Of a DNA stretch of 41,078 nt, positions 22,272-31,352 are shown in pieces; within the stretch, counting starts at the first letter, position 1; the number at the start of each line of letters is the position of its first letter. The notes under the pieces are model-generated. The model saw nothing but the letters and a program-made list of their open reading frames with translations, searched no databases and had not been told where the DNA came from. Position numbers and translations under genes: made by a program. The DNA is from an uncultured Methanosarcinales archaeon (GTDB lineage: Archaea > Nanobdellota > Nanobdellia > Woesearchaeales > CAZKBD01), in the NCBI GenBank assembly GCA_964550945.1, contig CAZKBD010000006.1, positions 1 to 41,078 on the forward strand, given 5' to 3'.

Positions 22272-22808
22272 ATGAGCCAGCTATTGAATGATTACCCCTT
22301 GTTTAAGGTTTTGAATGTTTTTTTTAATGACCCTCTGAAGGATTTTCAGCTAAGAGAGATAAGCAGAATAATCAAATTGCACCATAAGTCAGTTGCAGTT
22401 TATATCAAAAGATTATTAAAAATCGGGCTTATAAAGGTAAACGCAAGAACATTGTATAAAAGTTATAACGCCAATACGGAAAATCCGGATTTCCAGAGAT
22501 ACAAAAAAACAATAAATCAAATGAAGATTTACGAGTCAGGCTTAATTGATTGTTTATATGAAAAATTGATGCCCAACAGTATTGTGCTGTTTGGGGGCTA
22601 TGCAAAAGGCACAGATACGAAAACAAGCGACATAGATATTTTTGTCGAAGCAAGCCAGGAAAAGATAGACATTGTGAAATTTGAAGAGAGGTTAGGAAGA
22701 AAAGTACACTTAATATTTGAAAAGAGTATGAACAGCTTAAGCAAAGAATTAAAAAACAACCTCGCAAATGGTATTGTTTTGAAAGGTAACTTGAGGATAT
22801 TCAGATGA
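22272..22808 (+). CDS. HTH-fused minimal nucleotidyltransferase (MNT antitoxin-like)
   Basis: N-terminal LREISR..L wHTH. LFGGYAKGTDTKTSDIDI motif. Own promoter GAAACATTTATATA at ~22204-22217. Confidence 0.85.
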   Translation: MSQLLNDYPLFKVLNVFFNDPLKDFQLREISRIIKLHHKSVAVYIKRLLKIGLIKVNARTLYKSYNANTENPDFQRYKKTINQMKIYESGLIDCLYEKLMPNSIVLFGGYAKGTDTKTSDIDIFVEASQEKIDIVKFEERLGRKVHLIFEKSMNSLSKELKNNLANGIVLKGNLRIFR

Positions 22809-23233
22809 ATTGGGAAAAATGCGTTGCTGAGAAGACCATAAATAAGATAGAACCCGACAAAGAAAGGGTTAGAAACATGCTAAAGAGTGTAGAGATACGG
22901 CATGAATTCTGGGATTCTCTAGGTGTGATTCTTGATGACAGGTACTCTTCAATACTAGTAGAAGGCTATTATGAGATCATTAAAGAATTGTTAACAGCCT
23001 ATTTAAACCTTAATGGAATAGAATCATCAAATCATGAGTGCTTGATAAGATATTTTCAGAAAGAAAACCCTAAGCTTGATGTGGAATCAGAAAAGATAGA
23101 TGAGCTGAGGCAGGTCAGAAATAAAATTGATTACAGGGGATTCTTTGTCAAAAAAGAATTCTTTGAGATGAATAGATTAGAATACCGGCATATTATAATC
23201 CTATTAAAGAAATTAGTTAAGGATAAACTGTAG
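22805..23233 (+). CDS. HEPN-like protein paired with MNT
   Basis: ATGA coupling to the MNT gene. YYEIIKELLTA...NHECL...LRQVRNKIDY (Rx4Y variant). Confidence 0.75.
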   Translation: MNWEKCVAEKTINKIEPDKERVRNMLKSVEIRHEFWDSLGVILDDRYSSILVEGYYEIIKELLTAYLNLNGIESSNHECLIRYFQKENPKLDVESEKIDELRQVRNKIDYRGFFVKKEFFEMNRLEYRHIIILLKKLVKDKL

Positions 23234-23247
23234 TTAAGGACAATAAA

Positions 23248-24009
23248 ATGGACACACCAGAAATTGTCAAAATCACTAATATTGTGCAGGAAAACCCTAA
23301 TGTGCAGACTTTTTTCATTGATAAGCAGATCAAAGCAGAACCAGGGCAATTCCTTATGGTGTGGCTGCCTGAGATAGATGAAAAGCCATTTTCTTTGTCT
23401 TATATTGAGGATAAAATTGCTTTCACGTTTCAGGCCAAAGGCCCTTTTACAGATGAACTGGCAAAATTGAAAAAAGGAGATAAAATAGGGATTAGAGGGC
23501 CTTATGGAAATGGCTTTAAAATAAAAAATAATGCATTGGTTATTGCAGGAGGCATTGGCGTAGCTCCTTTGCTGCCATTAATAAAGAGATTGAAAGCTCC
23601 TGATGTGATAGTCGGAGCAAAAACAAAGTCAGAGCTATTGTTTAAGATAAAAAATTCCAAGATAACCACTGATGACGGGAGTTTAGGATTTAGGGGATTC
23701 ACAACAGAGCTTTTTAAGGAATTATTGAAAAAGAAAAAATACAATACTGTTTATACCTGCGGTCCAGAGCTGATGATCAAAAAGGTGTTTGATATCTGTG
23801 AAGAAAATAAGATTGAGTGCCAGGCATCTTTAGAGCGATATATGAAATGCGGTTTTGGAATTTGCGACCAGTGCAGCATCAATTGTTATCTGGTGTGCAA
23901 AGACGGGCCTGTGTTTAACTCAGAGCAATTAAGAAAGATGACAGAACTAGGAAAATTCGCGAGGGTGAAAAGCGGCAAAGTGATAAGCATTAATGAATAT
24001 TCAAAATGA
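23248..24009 (+). CDS. pyrK: Dihydroorotate dehydrogenase electron-transfer subunit
   Basis: PGQFLMVW, RGPYGNGF, AGGIGVAP, CGP, MKCGFGICDQC...CKDGPVF (2Fe-2S). Confidence 0.95.
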   Translation: MDTPEIVKITNIVQENPNVQTFFIDKQIKAEPGQFLMVWLPEIDEKPFSLSYIEDKIAFTFQAKGPFTDELAKLKKGDKIGIRGPYGNGFKIKNNALVIAGGIGVAPLLPLIKRLKAPDVIVGAKTKSELLFKIKNSKITTDDGSLGFRGFTTELFKELLKKKKYNTVYTCGPELMIKKVFDICEENKIECQASLERYMKCGFGICDQCSINCYLVCKDGPVFNSEQLRKMTELGKFARVKSGKVISINEYSK

Positions 24010-24363
24010 GCAAAAAATTCATGCCAAAACCATACTCTTTCCTAATCCAAAACATAGGGAGAATTCTGGAGGAAGGGAGAAGAAAAGCGTTTTACGCAGT
24101 AAATTCTATTCTTGTCAAAACATATTGGGAGATTGGTAAGAGGATAGTTGAGTTTGAACAAAAAGGAGAAGAAAAAGCGGAGTATGGAAGCGCATTATTG
24201 GATAACCTTTCCACAGACTTGAAGTTAAAGTGTGGGAAAGGGTTTAGTAAAAGCAATGTTTACTTAATAAGGCAGGTTTATACCCAATACCAGAACTTCC
24301 AGACAGTGTCTGGAAAATTGGCATAGAGCCATTATGCCGGATCTTTTGACAATTGAGGATAAA
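24006..24363 (+). pseudogene. Truncated YhcG/DUF1016 N-terminal fragment
   Basis: AVNSILVKTYWEIGKRIVE...YG...LS.DL...GKGFS. FQTVSGKLA*SHY has TAG where the family has W (LSWSHY), followed by an apparent frameshift (..DLLTIEDK). The PDDEXK domain is missing. Confidence 0.75.
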
Positions 24364-24427
24364 GGTTAGAACTAAAAAACAAAAACCATTAAAAACTAAA
24401 GAAAATTACCCTACCTCAAGGGATATT

Positions 24428-24709
24428 ATGAACAAAGAAAAGCTGTTAAAAATAATTGTTGAAAGGCTGAAGAAAGAGGGAGCAGTAAAGGTAGGGCTAT
24501 TCGGCTCTTATGCTAGAGGGGAAGAGAGAAAAAACAGCGATGTAGACATCCTAGTAAAGTTCGCTAAGCCAAAATCACTGCTTGAGTTTGTGGGGATTGA
24601 GCAGGAGTTGTCTGAAAAAACCGGCAAGAAGATAGAATTGCTCACTGAAGAATTTATAAGCCCCTATCTCATAGATAAGATAAAAAGAGAAAGAGTCGAA
24701 CTAGTATGA
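24428..24709 (+). CDS. MNT antitoxin (minimal nucleotidyltransferase)
   Basis: LFGSYARGEERKNSDVDIL (GSx10DxD). Confidence 0.9.
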   Translation: MNKEKLLKIIVERLKKEGAVKVGLFGSYARGEERKNSDVDILVKFAKPKSLLEFVGIEQELSEKTGKKIELLTEEFISPYLIDKIKRERVELV

Positions 24710-25041
24710 ATAATAAGGATAACTCTGTCTATTTGAAGCATGTTATGGATGCAATAAACAGGATTGAAGAGTACACTAATAACATAAGCGAAAAAAGATT
24801 TATGGATAAGAATATAATCCAAGCAGCAATAATAAGAGAGATAGAGATAATTGGGGAAGCGACAAAGATGCTTGGCCAAGAATTTAAAGACAATCATCAA
24901 TCAATTCCTTGGAAGAAAATCGCTGGAATGCGCGACAAGCTTATCCACGGATACTTTGGCGTTGATTTAAATGCAGTTTGGAAAACAGTAAAAGAGGATA
25001 TTCCTCAACTAAAGAAAGAGATTAAGGAACTTATTGAATAA
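24706..25041 (+). CDS. HEPN toxin, DUF86/HepT-like RNase
   Basis: EIIGEA...IPWKKIAGMRDKLIHGY (Rx4HxY). Confidence 0.92.
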   Translation: MNNKDNSVYLKHVMDAINRIEEYTNNISEKRFMDKNIIQAAIIREIEIIGEATKMLGQEFKDNHQSIPWKKIAGMRDKLIHGYFGVDLNAVWKTVKEDIPQLKKEIKELIE

Positions 25042-25172
25042 ATAAGCTATTAGAGAGAAAACTAAGAGAACCATACACTCTATTTAAGAATTGGCAGACA
25101 CTGCCTGTCTAATTAAAATAGCCCTTATTTAGGGTGCTGTCAGTAGAAAAATGTTATTGAAGAAAAGTTGAG

Positions 25173-25412
25173 ATGAAAGAGCTCAAGATACTTCCAGGAA
25201 AGCATAGATGCGGCAGAGAATTTGATATGAGAATAATAGATGCTAAAGATGACGATAAGAAACCAGTTGCTTGGATGGTATATGGCGTATGCAAGAAATG
25301 TAATACTGTTATGGTGAGCAGTATGTTTCTGCAGCCAGAAAAACCTCAGCAAGGGATTGACTTTATGGTTGATTATAATAAAAAATCAGGAAAAGGTAAG
25401 GAGTGGAAGTAA
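25173..25412 (+). CDS. Small hypothetical protein, possible Zn-binding (HxC...CxxC)
   Basis: 79-aa ORF ending 4 nt before the pyrC ATG. Confidence 0.6.
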   Translation: MKELKILPGKHRCGREFDMRIIDAKDDDKKPVAWMVYGVCKKCNTVMVSSMFLQPEKPQQGIDFMVDYNKKSGKGKEWK

Positions 25413-25416
25413 TGAA

Positions 25417-26634
25417 ATGAGCATTCTTATAAAAAACGCCAAGATTCTTGACGGCGATAAGCTAATTGAAAAAAATATCCTGATTGTAGACAAATTTATC
25501 AGAGAGGTATCTAATGAAAGAGTTACTGTTGATAGAGTGATAGATGCAAAAGGCAATATTGTCTTGCCAGGGATCATTGACAGCCATGTCCATTTCCGCG
25601 AGCCTGGATTAACCCAAAAAGAGGATTTCTTTACAGGCTCTTGTGCTGCAGCAGCTGGAGGCGTAACTACAATCCTGGATATGCCAAACACAAACCCGCC
25701 AACAACCAGCCTAGAGCTGTTAAAGCAAAAAAGAGAGCTGGCAAAAAAATCTATTGTAAATTATGGATTTCATTTTGGCGCAACTAAAAATAACCTCGAT
25801 GAGATAAAGAAGATAAAAAGAATAGCTTCTGTCAAGGTTTTTATGGACCTTTCAACAGGAGAGATGATGATTGATGATGACGAAGCGTTAAAAAAGATTT
25901 TTGAGTCAGCAAAGCTTATTTCAGTCCATGCTGAAGCTGAAAAACTGGAAAAAGCGCTTGGGCTTATACAGCCTACAAAAAACAGGCTTTATTTATGCCA
26001 CATCAGCTCAGAAAATGAGTTGAAGACAATAAGCCACGCAAAAACCTCAAGATTCTATACAGAGCTAACGCCTCATCATCTGTTTTTAACTGAGGATGAT
26101 GCTAAGCAGCTTGGTAATTTTGGCCTGATAAAGCCTGAACTGAAAACAAAAAAAGACCAGGATGCCTTATGGCAGGCATTAGATAAAAATAATATAGATA
26201 CGATTGCAAGCGATCATGCGCCCCATACAATAGAAGAAAAAAATGGCGGAAAAGCATATGGAGTTCCTGGAACTGAAACAATGCTGCCGTTATTGCTTGA
26301 CGCTGTGAACAAAGGAAGACTTAAATTGCAGCAAATAACCAAGTTGTGCTGCGAGAATCCTGCAAAGATTTTTGCGATCAGGAACAGAGGGATATTGAGA
26401 GAGGAATATCACGCTGATTTAACCATAGTGGATATGAAGAAAGAGAAAAAAGTTGAGAATGATAGATTGTTTACAAAATGCAAATGGAGCCCTTTCAATG
26501 GAAAAACATTAAAAGGATGGCCAATACTCACAATAGTAAATGGGAATGTTGTCTTTGAAAATGATCAGATTGTTGATGTAAAATCTAAGGAGGTGGATTA
26601 TTATGAACGAGAAAGTGGCAAAGGCGCTGTGTGA
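25417..26634 (+). CDS. pyrC: Dihydroorotase (type I)
   Basis: PGIIDSHVHFREPG, AAAGGVTT..DMPNT.P, SDHAPH, KCKWSPF. MSILIKNA start at 25417. Confidence 0.95.
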   Translation: MSILIKNAKILDGDKLIEKNILIVDKFIREVSNERVTVDRVIDAKGNIVLPGIIDSHVHFREPGLTQKEDFFTGSCAAAAGGVTTILDMPNTNPPTTSLELLKQKRELAKKSIVNYGFHFGATKNNLDEIKKIKRIASVKVFMDLSTGEMMIDDDEALKKIFESAKLISVHAEAEKLEKALGLIQPTKNRLYLCHISSENELKTISHAKTSRFYTELTPHHLFLTEDDAKQLGNFGLIKPELKTKKDQDALWQALDKNNIDTIASDHAPHTIEEKNGGKAYGVPGTETMLPLLLDAVNKGRLKLQQITKLCCENPAKIFAIRNRGILREEYHADLTIVDMKKEKKVENDRLFTKCKWSPFNGKTLKGWPILTIVNGNVVFENDQIVDVKSKEVDYYERESGKGAV

Positions 26635-27190
26635 TGCTAATGTGCTTAAGCTTGGCGCATTCACCCTATCTTCTGGCAGAGAAAGCCCGGTTTATGTTGA
26701 TTTGAGGATATTGCCTTCTTTTCCAGACTCTTTTGATATTGTAACAGATGAGCTAGCCCAATTAGTCAAGAAGATGGATGTTGATATTGTGGCTGGAGCA
26801 GAAAGCGCTGGAATACCTTATTCGGCAGCTATTGCTCTGAAAACGAAATTGCCTATGGTCTATGTGAGAAAAAGGCCAAAAGGATACGGCACTAATTCAA
26901 TGATTGAGGGGCTTATTGAAAATGGCAATAAATGCGTATTGATAGATGATATGATAACTGATGGCGGGTCTAAGCTGGCTTTTATTGACGGGATAAGGAA
27001 TTCAGGAGCTATTGTAGAGCATGTTCTTGTAACTTTGGATAGAGAACAGGGAGGAGCAGCAACCCTTAAAAAAGAGGGAGTTAAACTGCATTCATTGATG
27101 ACATTAAGGCAGCTTTTGGATTATATGATTGATAATAACATGATAACCCGGGAAGAGCATGAAAAAGTTATGGAATATCTGGAACAATGA
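26603..27190 (+). CDS. pyrE: Orotate phosphoribosyltransferase
   Basis: FTLSSGRESPVYVDLR, VRKRPKGYG, LIDDMITDGGS. Confidence 0.93.
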   Translation: MNEKVAKALCDANVLKLGAFTLSSGRESPVYVDLRILPSFPDSFDIVTDELAQLVKKMDVDIVAGAESAGIPYSAAIALKTKLPMVYVRKRPKGYGTNSMIEGLIENGNKCVLIDDMITDGGSKLAFIDGIRNSGAIVEHVLVTLDREQGGAATLKKEGVKLHSLMTLRQLLDYMIDNNMITREEHEKVMEYLEQ

Positions 27191-27876
27191 AAATTATAAA
27201 AGCGGATAGATCAATAATACCTAGCTGTGATGTCAGCAGCTTAGAAGAATTGAAAAATCTAGTTAAAGAAACATGTTCTGTTAAAGGAGTTGGAGGCTAC
27301 AAAATAGGGTTTTCTTTGGTTATTCCATTTGGCATTAAAACAATAGTTGAGTCCATAAGGAAATTCAGTGATTTGCCAATCATTTATGACCATCAGAAAG
27401 CTGGAACAGATATACCTGATATTGGAGAACTATTCATGAAATCAGTAAAAGGCGTTGATGCTGTGATATTATTTCCGCAGGCTGGTCCGGTAACTGAACA
27501 AGAATGGATAAAATCAGCGCAAAAAGAAAAGATCAATGTGATAATTGGGGGGGAAATGACTCATAAAGGGTATTTAAGCTCGGATGATGGGTTTATTGAT
27601 GACGAAGCTCCTGAAAGGATATACAAACTTGCTCAAAACTTAGGGGTTAATGATTTTGTTGTTCCAGGCAATAAGCCTGAAAGGATCGCATATTACAGGA
27701 AACTTCTTGGAGAAAAAGCCGTTTTTTATTCTCCCGGCCTGATAGCCCAGGGAGGGAAATTAACAGAATCTGCAAAAGCAGCTGGCAAATACTGGCATGC
27801 TATAATCGGACGGGGGTTATACCAAGCAAAAGACATAAACAAGGCTGCAAAAGAGCTTGTTAAGGAGATTGTGTAG
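27187..27876 (+). CDS. pyrF: Orotidine-5'-phosphate decarboxylase (divergent motif)
   Basis: YKIG, YDHQKAGTDIPD, EMTH, SPGLIAQGG, IIGRGLY. Follows pyrE with ATGA overlap. Confidence 0.88.
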   Translation: MKIIKADRSIIPSCDVSSLEELKNLVKETCSVKGVGGYKIGFSLVIPFGIKTIVESIRKFSDLPIIYDHQKAGTDIPDIGELFMKSVKGVDAVILFPQAGPVTEQEWIKSAQKEKINVIIGGEMTHKGYLSSDDGFIDDEAPERIYKLAQNLGVNDFVVPGNKPERIAYYRKLLGEKAVFYSPGLIAQGGKLTESAKAAGKYWHAIIGRGLYQAKDINKAAKELVKEIV

Positions 27877-27942
27877 AAAACTTTTTATAGTTATACTCAC
27901 GGATAAAATAATCATACAATTAGTTGTCTATTCGTAATACAT

Positions 27943-28035
27943 AAAAAACACGTTGTGTTTTTTTGTACAAGAAATGCTTTGCATTTCTTTGTAAGCAAAC
28001 GACACAAATATTAGGCAATTGAAAGGTCGTTTGCT
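27943..28035. repeat. Cluster of three short inverted repeats downstream of pyrF
   Basis: AAAAAACAC-GTT-GTGTTTTTT; AAGAAATGC-TTT-GCATTTCTT; AGCAAACGAC-(22 nt)-GTCGTTTGCT. Confidence 0.75.
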
Positions 28036-28082
28036 ATATTTCACGCAGTTATAATATTTTGTAAAAAAAGCAGGTGGTTTTT

Positions 28083-28538
28083 ATGGAAAGAGTATCAAAG
28101 ATAAATGAACTTAAGCTTAATCAATACCATCTTGAAAGGTTTATCCTTTTTGATGAGAAGGTTGATCATGGCGACATAGATCTATTGTGCAATGAATTTG
28201 GATTTGATAAAGAGAAGCTCAAGACAGGCATTAAGCTCTACAGGAATCTTGGCCTGGTGTTCAAATTAACGCAGCAGAATCCTGAAGATAATAACAATTG
28301 GGGTGAGTCGGTCCAAAAAGTAATCCCTGTGAAAGAGACGTTTAATAAGCTGGATAACATATTTGTAAGCAAAGATCACAAACAAGCCCTTCTGGTCACA
28401 AATGTAAGGCTGATGAGATATGATCTGGAGAGGCTAAACAAGAAAATCAATGATATAAACCTAAAGATTGCAATCCATAATGCGCATTTCATCAGAAAAC
28501 TAACTTTAAAAGAGCGGATTATACATCTGTTTAGGTAA
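28083..28538 (+). CDS. Hypothetical protein
   Basis: AGGTGG RBS before ATG 28083. C-terminal coiled coil. Confidence 0.65.
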   Translation: MERVSKINELKLNQYHLERFILFDEKVDHGDIDLLCNEFGFDKEKLKTGIKLYRNLGLVFKLTQQNPEDNNNWGESVQKVIPVKETFNKLDNIFVSKDHKQALLVTNVRLMRYDLERLNKKINDINLKIAIHNAHFIRKLTLKERIIHLFR

Positions 28539-28686
28539 TCGGCGATTTTTCTAAACAATTCTAGGATATCCCTTTTTGTATTTATCACTATCTGATGATA
28601 AAAAATCAAAAGATTTATAAATAAACAACTATCCACTCAACGTAGTAAATGTATCACTAGTAAAAAGACCGAGGAATCATCTAAGA

Positions 28687-30228
28687 ATGGCAGTTGTTAT
28701 GCAAGAAGAACCCCAACGAGGAAATAAACCGCTAGACGCAGTTCTATCAGATTTTCTTGATAGAAGGTTTTCTCTTGAAGCATTAGTTGCTGGAACTGTT
28801 AAGCACGGTTACAAGAAACAGGAAGGCAGTTCTGTAACAAGAAATGGTAAATTGATGTATGGATTTGAAGATACTGTTAATAGTTCTGGTGTTGATTTTG
28901 CAAAGTATGATAATTTTGTATGGGAGGACAGGATAAAAGCAATTAGAGCTATCGCAGAGTACATGACTCAGCATAATCCACTTGAAGAAGGTTATGTTGC
29001 AGGAATGCAAAGATTCATTGAAGTAAGCCAGACAAGAGATTTCCAGAAAAGGATTCAAAAATCAACAGATTTTATTCAAACCAATCAGGATTTATATTAT
29101 TCAGGAAAGTTAGGGATAAGAGAACATAAAAAGTTTGAACAAACTAGAGGGTTTCTTGATGATTATAAATCAGTTTCTAGTCTAGCGGAACTTGCAGAAC
29201 AAGCGTATACGCAAAGAATTGCTGCAAAAGAATCTGGTTATGGACAACCAGATAGGTTAAGTAGTGATAGTAAACCTGCTGCTAAGCCTAAAGAAACAGT
29301 TGGAGAGACTACAAGAGCCTCAGTACCTGGGAGTTGGAAGGCTAACCATAGGGAAACTACAAGAGCCTCAGTACCTGGGAGTTGGAAGGCTAACCATAGG
29401 GAAACTACAAGAGCCTCAGTACCTGGGAGTTGGAAGGCTAACTATAGGGGAAGTGGCACATCAGCTGCTCCAAAAGGAAAATCTGAATCGTACAGCCAAA
29501 CAAGACCATCTTTTTTAGATAAACCTGAGTATATAGAGTGGTATACAAAAAGAGATGCTGAGTATGAGCAGTTAAGGTTGAAAAATCGAAGTTGGATAGA
29601 ATGGGTAGAAGGAGGTATAGATAAGATTGTTAATCCTGTTTGGTTTGCCTGTGAAGATCTATTTTACTGGCTTAAAGACACCCATAAGAAAGAAGGCGTG
29701 ATTAATAATATAACTAGCAGAGTGTACCAAAAAGCTAGTGGATGGTTAGAAAAGATACAATCAAGTAGAGTATATCAAACAGCTGGTGGTTTATTAGAAA
29801 GTGTAAAAGAGAGCGATGCTTATCAAACAGTTAGTAATTGGCGTCAAACAGCAAAAAGTTCCGGTTATAGTTTTTTCACTATACCACCTAAGCGCAGATT
29901 AGCGTGGGTAACAGCAAGCGGAGGTATTGCGATATTAGCAGCAGGTTTTGCATCTAGCTTTGCTGGAGCTTCTTCTGAAGGATATTACAAACTAGAAGCT
30001 CCTGCTAAACAAGCAGCAGTTACAAAAGAAGTTTCTTCACAAAGTCCAACTTCAAGAAATTATAATCCAACCTTGCAAAGCACTGCTAGCGGACTAAACA
30101 CTCCAGACGAAGTATATAACCCTAAAAACGGGCTTTATTCCAAACCACCTAATTCAGATTATCTTGGTAACCCTTATATCCTATTTGGACCAAGTATTAG
30201 ATTAGATGACCTCTCAGGTTTAAAATAA
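28687..30228 (+). CDS. Hypothetical protein (513 aa) with tandem repeats and one late hydrophobic segment
   Basis: Own TATA (AAAAGATTTATAAA ~28608-21) and GAGGA RBS. RRLAWVTASGGIAILAAGFA TM/signal-like segment. Confidence 0.75.
   Translation: MAVVMQEEPQRGNKPLDAVLSDFLDRRFSLEALVAGTVKHGYKKQEGSSVTRNGKLMYGFEDTVNSSGVDFAKYDNFVWEDRIKAIRAIAEYMTQHNPLEEGYVAGMQRFIEVSQTRDFQKRIQKSTDFIQTNQDLYYSGKLGIREHKKFEQTRGFLDDYKSVSSLAELAEQAYTQRIAAKESGYGQPDRLSSDSKPAAKPKETVGETTRASVPGSWKANHRETTRASVPGSWKANHRETTRASVPGSWKANYRGSGTSAAPKGKSESYSQTRPSFLDKPEYIEWYTKRDAEYEQLRLKNRSWIEWVEGGIDKIVNPVWFACEDLFYWLKDTHKKEGVINNITSRVYQKASGWLEKIQSSRVYQTAGGLLESVKESDAYQTVSNWRQTAKSSGYSFFTIPPKRRLAWVTASGGIAILAAGFASSFAGASSEGYYKLEAPAKQAAVTKEVSSQSPTSRNYNPTLQSTASGLNTPDEVYNPKNGLYSKPPNSDYLGNPYILFGPSIRLDDLSGLK
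29305..29448 (+). repeat. 3 x 48-bp tandem repeat (ETTRASVPGSWKANHR)
   Basis: Units 29305-52, 29353-400 and 29401-48 are nearly identical, with no spacers. Confidence 0.95.
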
Positions 30229-30277
30229 CATAAACAATCAAAAAACTATTTAAACTATTAAGATTTCTCTTGAATGT

Positions 30278-30808
30278 ATGAAAATAGCAGTATGCGGCTC
30301 TGGAAAAGGAGAAGATAAAAAATTATTGGAGAAAGTCAGGAAGATTGGAGAAGAGATAGCTAAACATAAATCAGTTCTTTATACAGGCGGCTGCTGGGGA
30401 TATCCTTATGAAGCTGCAAAGGCTTGTTTTAATGAAAACGGAAAAACAATTGCAGTATCTCCAGCCAAAGATCTAGAAGCGCATAAATCTCTTTATAATT
30501 TCCCATCAGATGTGTTTTCAGAGTTTATCTTTACTGGATTAGGGATACCAGAAAGGAATTACATACTGGTAAAAAATGTGGACGCAGTAATAATCCTTGG
30601 AGGCCAGATAGGGACATTAAATGAGTTTACTGTAGCATTTCACGATGGGAAAATTATTGGAGTATTGCAAGGCTCTCAAGGGGTAACTGAGCTGATTCCA
30701 AATATAGCAGAAGTATGCGATAAAAGAGGAGAAAAAGAGAATATTGTCTATGAGAGCGATCCAAAGATATTAGTAAAAGAGATAATAACAAGGCATAAAG
30801 ATGTATGA
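30278..30808 (+). CDS. LOG/SLOG-family nucleotide-binding protein (TIGR00725-like)
   Basis: KIAVCGS, TGGCWG, RNYILV, GGQIGTLNE. Confidence 0.85.
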   Translation: MKIAVCGSGKGEDKKLLEKVRKIGEEIAKHKSVLYTGGCWGYPYEAAKACFNENGKTIAVSPAKDLEAHKSLYNFPSDVFSEFIFTGLGIPERNYILVKNVDAVIILGGQIGTLNEFTVAFHDGKIIGVLQGSQGVTELIPNIAEVCDKRGEKENIVYESDPKILVKEIITRHKDV

Positions 30809-31352
30809 ACCTCAAGAAGACTCATTTTTGCTGCAGAAGCACATAAAAAGATATGTGAAGGGCATTGTTCTAGATATTGGAACTGGCTCTGGAATACAGG
30901 CTTTAGAGGCAGCAAGCTCAAAAAAAGTCCCAAAAGTATATGCTGTTGATATTGACAAAGAGGCAATAAGCCATTGCAGAAGGAACATTGACAATAATAA
31001 AATTGTGTTCTTGACAAGCGACTTGTTTTCAGTTTTCAGAATGAATAAAAAATTCAAGGACATAAAGTTTGATACAATAATCTTTAATCCGCCATACCTT
31101 CCAGAAGACCCTAATGACAAGGATGTTGCATTGGATGGCGGAAAAAAAGGTTATGAGCTGATATGCAGGTTTTTGAATGAAGCTAATCCATATATCAAGC
31201 CGAAAACAAAGATATTGCTTGTTTTTTCTTCTTTGACTGGGAAAGATACGATAGACAGGTATCTAATCAAGAAAAGGTTTAAGTTTAGGGAATTGGAAAA
31301 AGAAAACATCTTTTTTGAAGGCATATTTGTTTATCTTATAGAAAATGAGTGA
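30801..31352 (+). CDS. HemK2/Mtq2-type release factor glutamine methyltransferase
   Basis: YEPQEDSFLL, LDIGTGSG, FNPPYLP, DGG..G. Confidence 0.9.
   Translation: MYEPQEDSFLLQKHIKRYVKGIVLDIGTGSGIQALEAASSKKVPKVYAVDIDKEAISHCRRNIDNNKIVFLTSDLFSVFRMNKKFKDIKFDTIIFNPPYLPEDPNDKDVALDGGKKGYELICRFLNEANPYIKPKTKILLVFSSLTGKDTIDRYLIKKRFKFRELEKENIFFEGIFVYLIENE

Noticed and set aside
24324..24326. TAG recoding or readthrough at a conserved Trp
   Set aside because: An apparent frameshift and truncation follow, and TAG terminates normal genes here (pyrF, tfb, pcm). Simple pseudogenisation explains it.
29305..29448. Possible CRISPR array
   Set aside because: Contiguous identical 48-bp units with no unique spacers, in frame within a CDS, and no cas genes.
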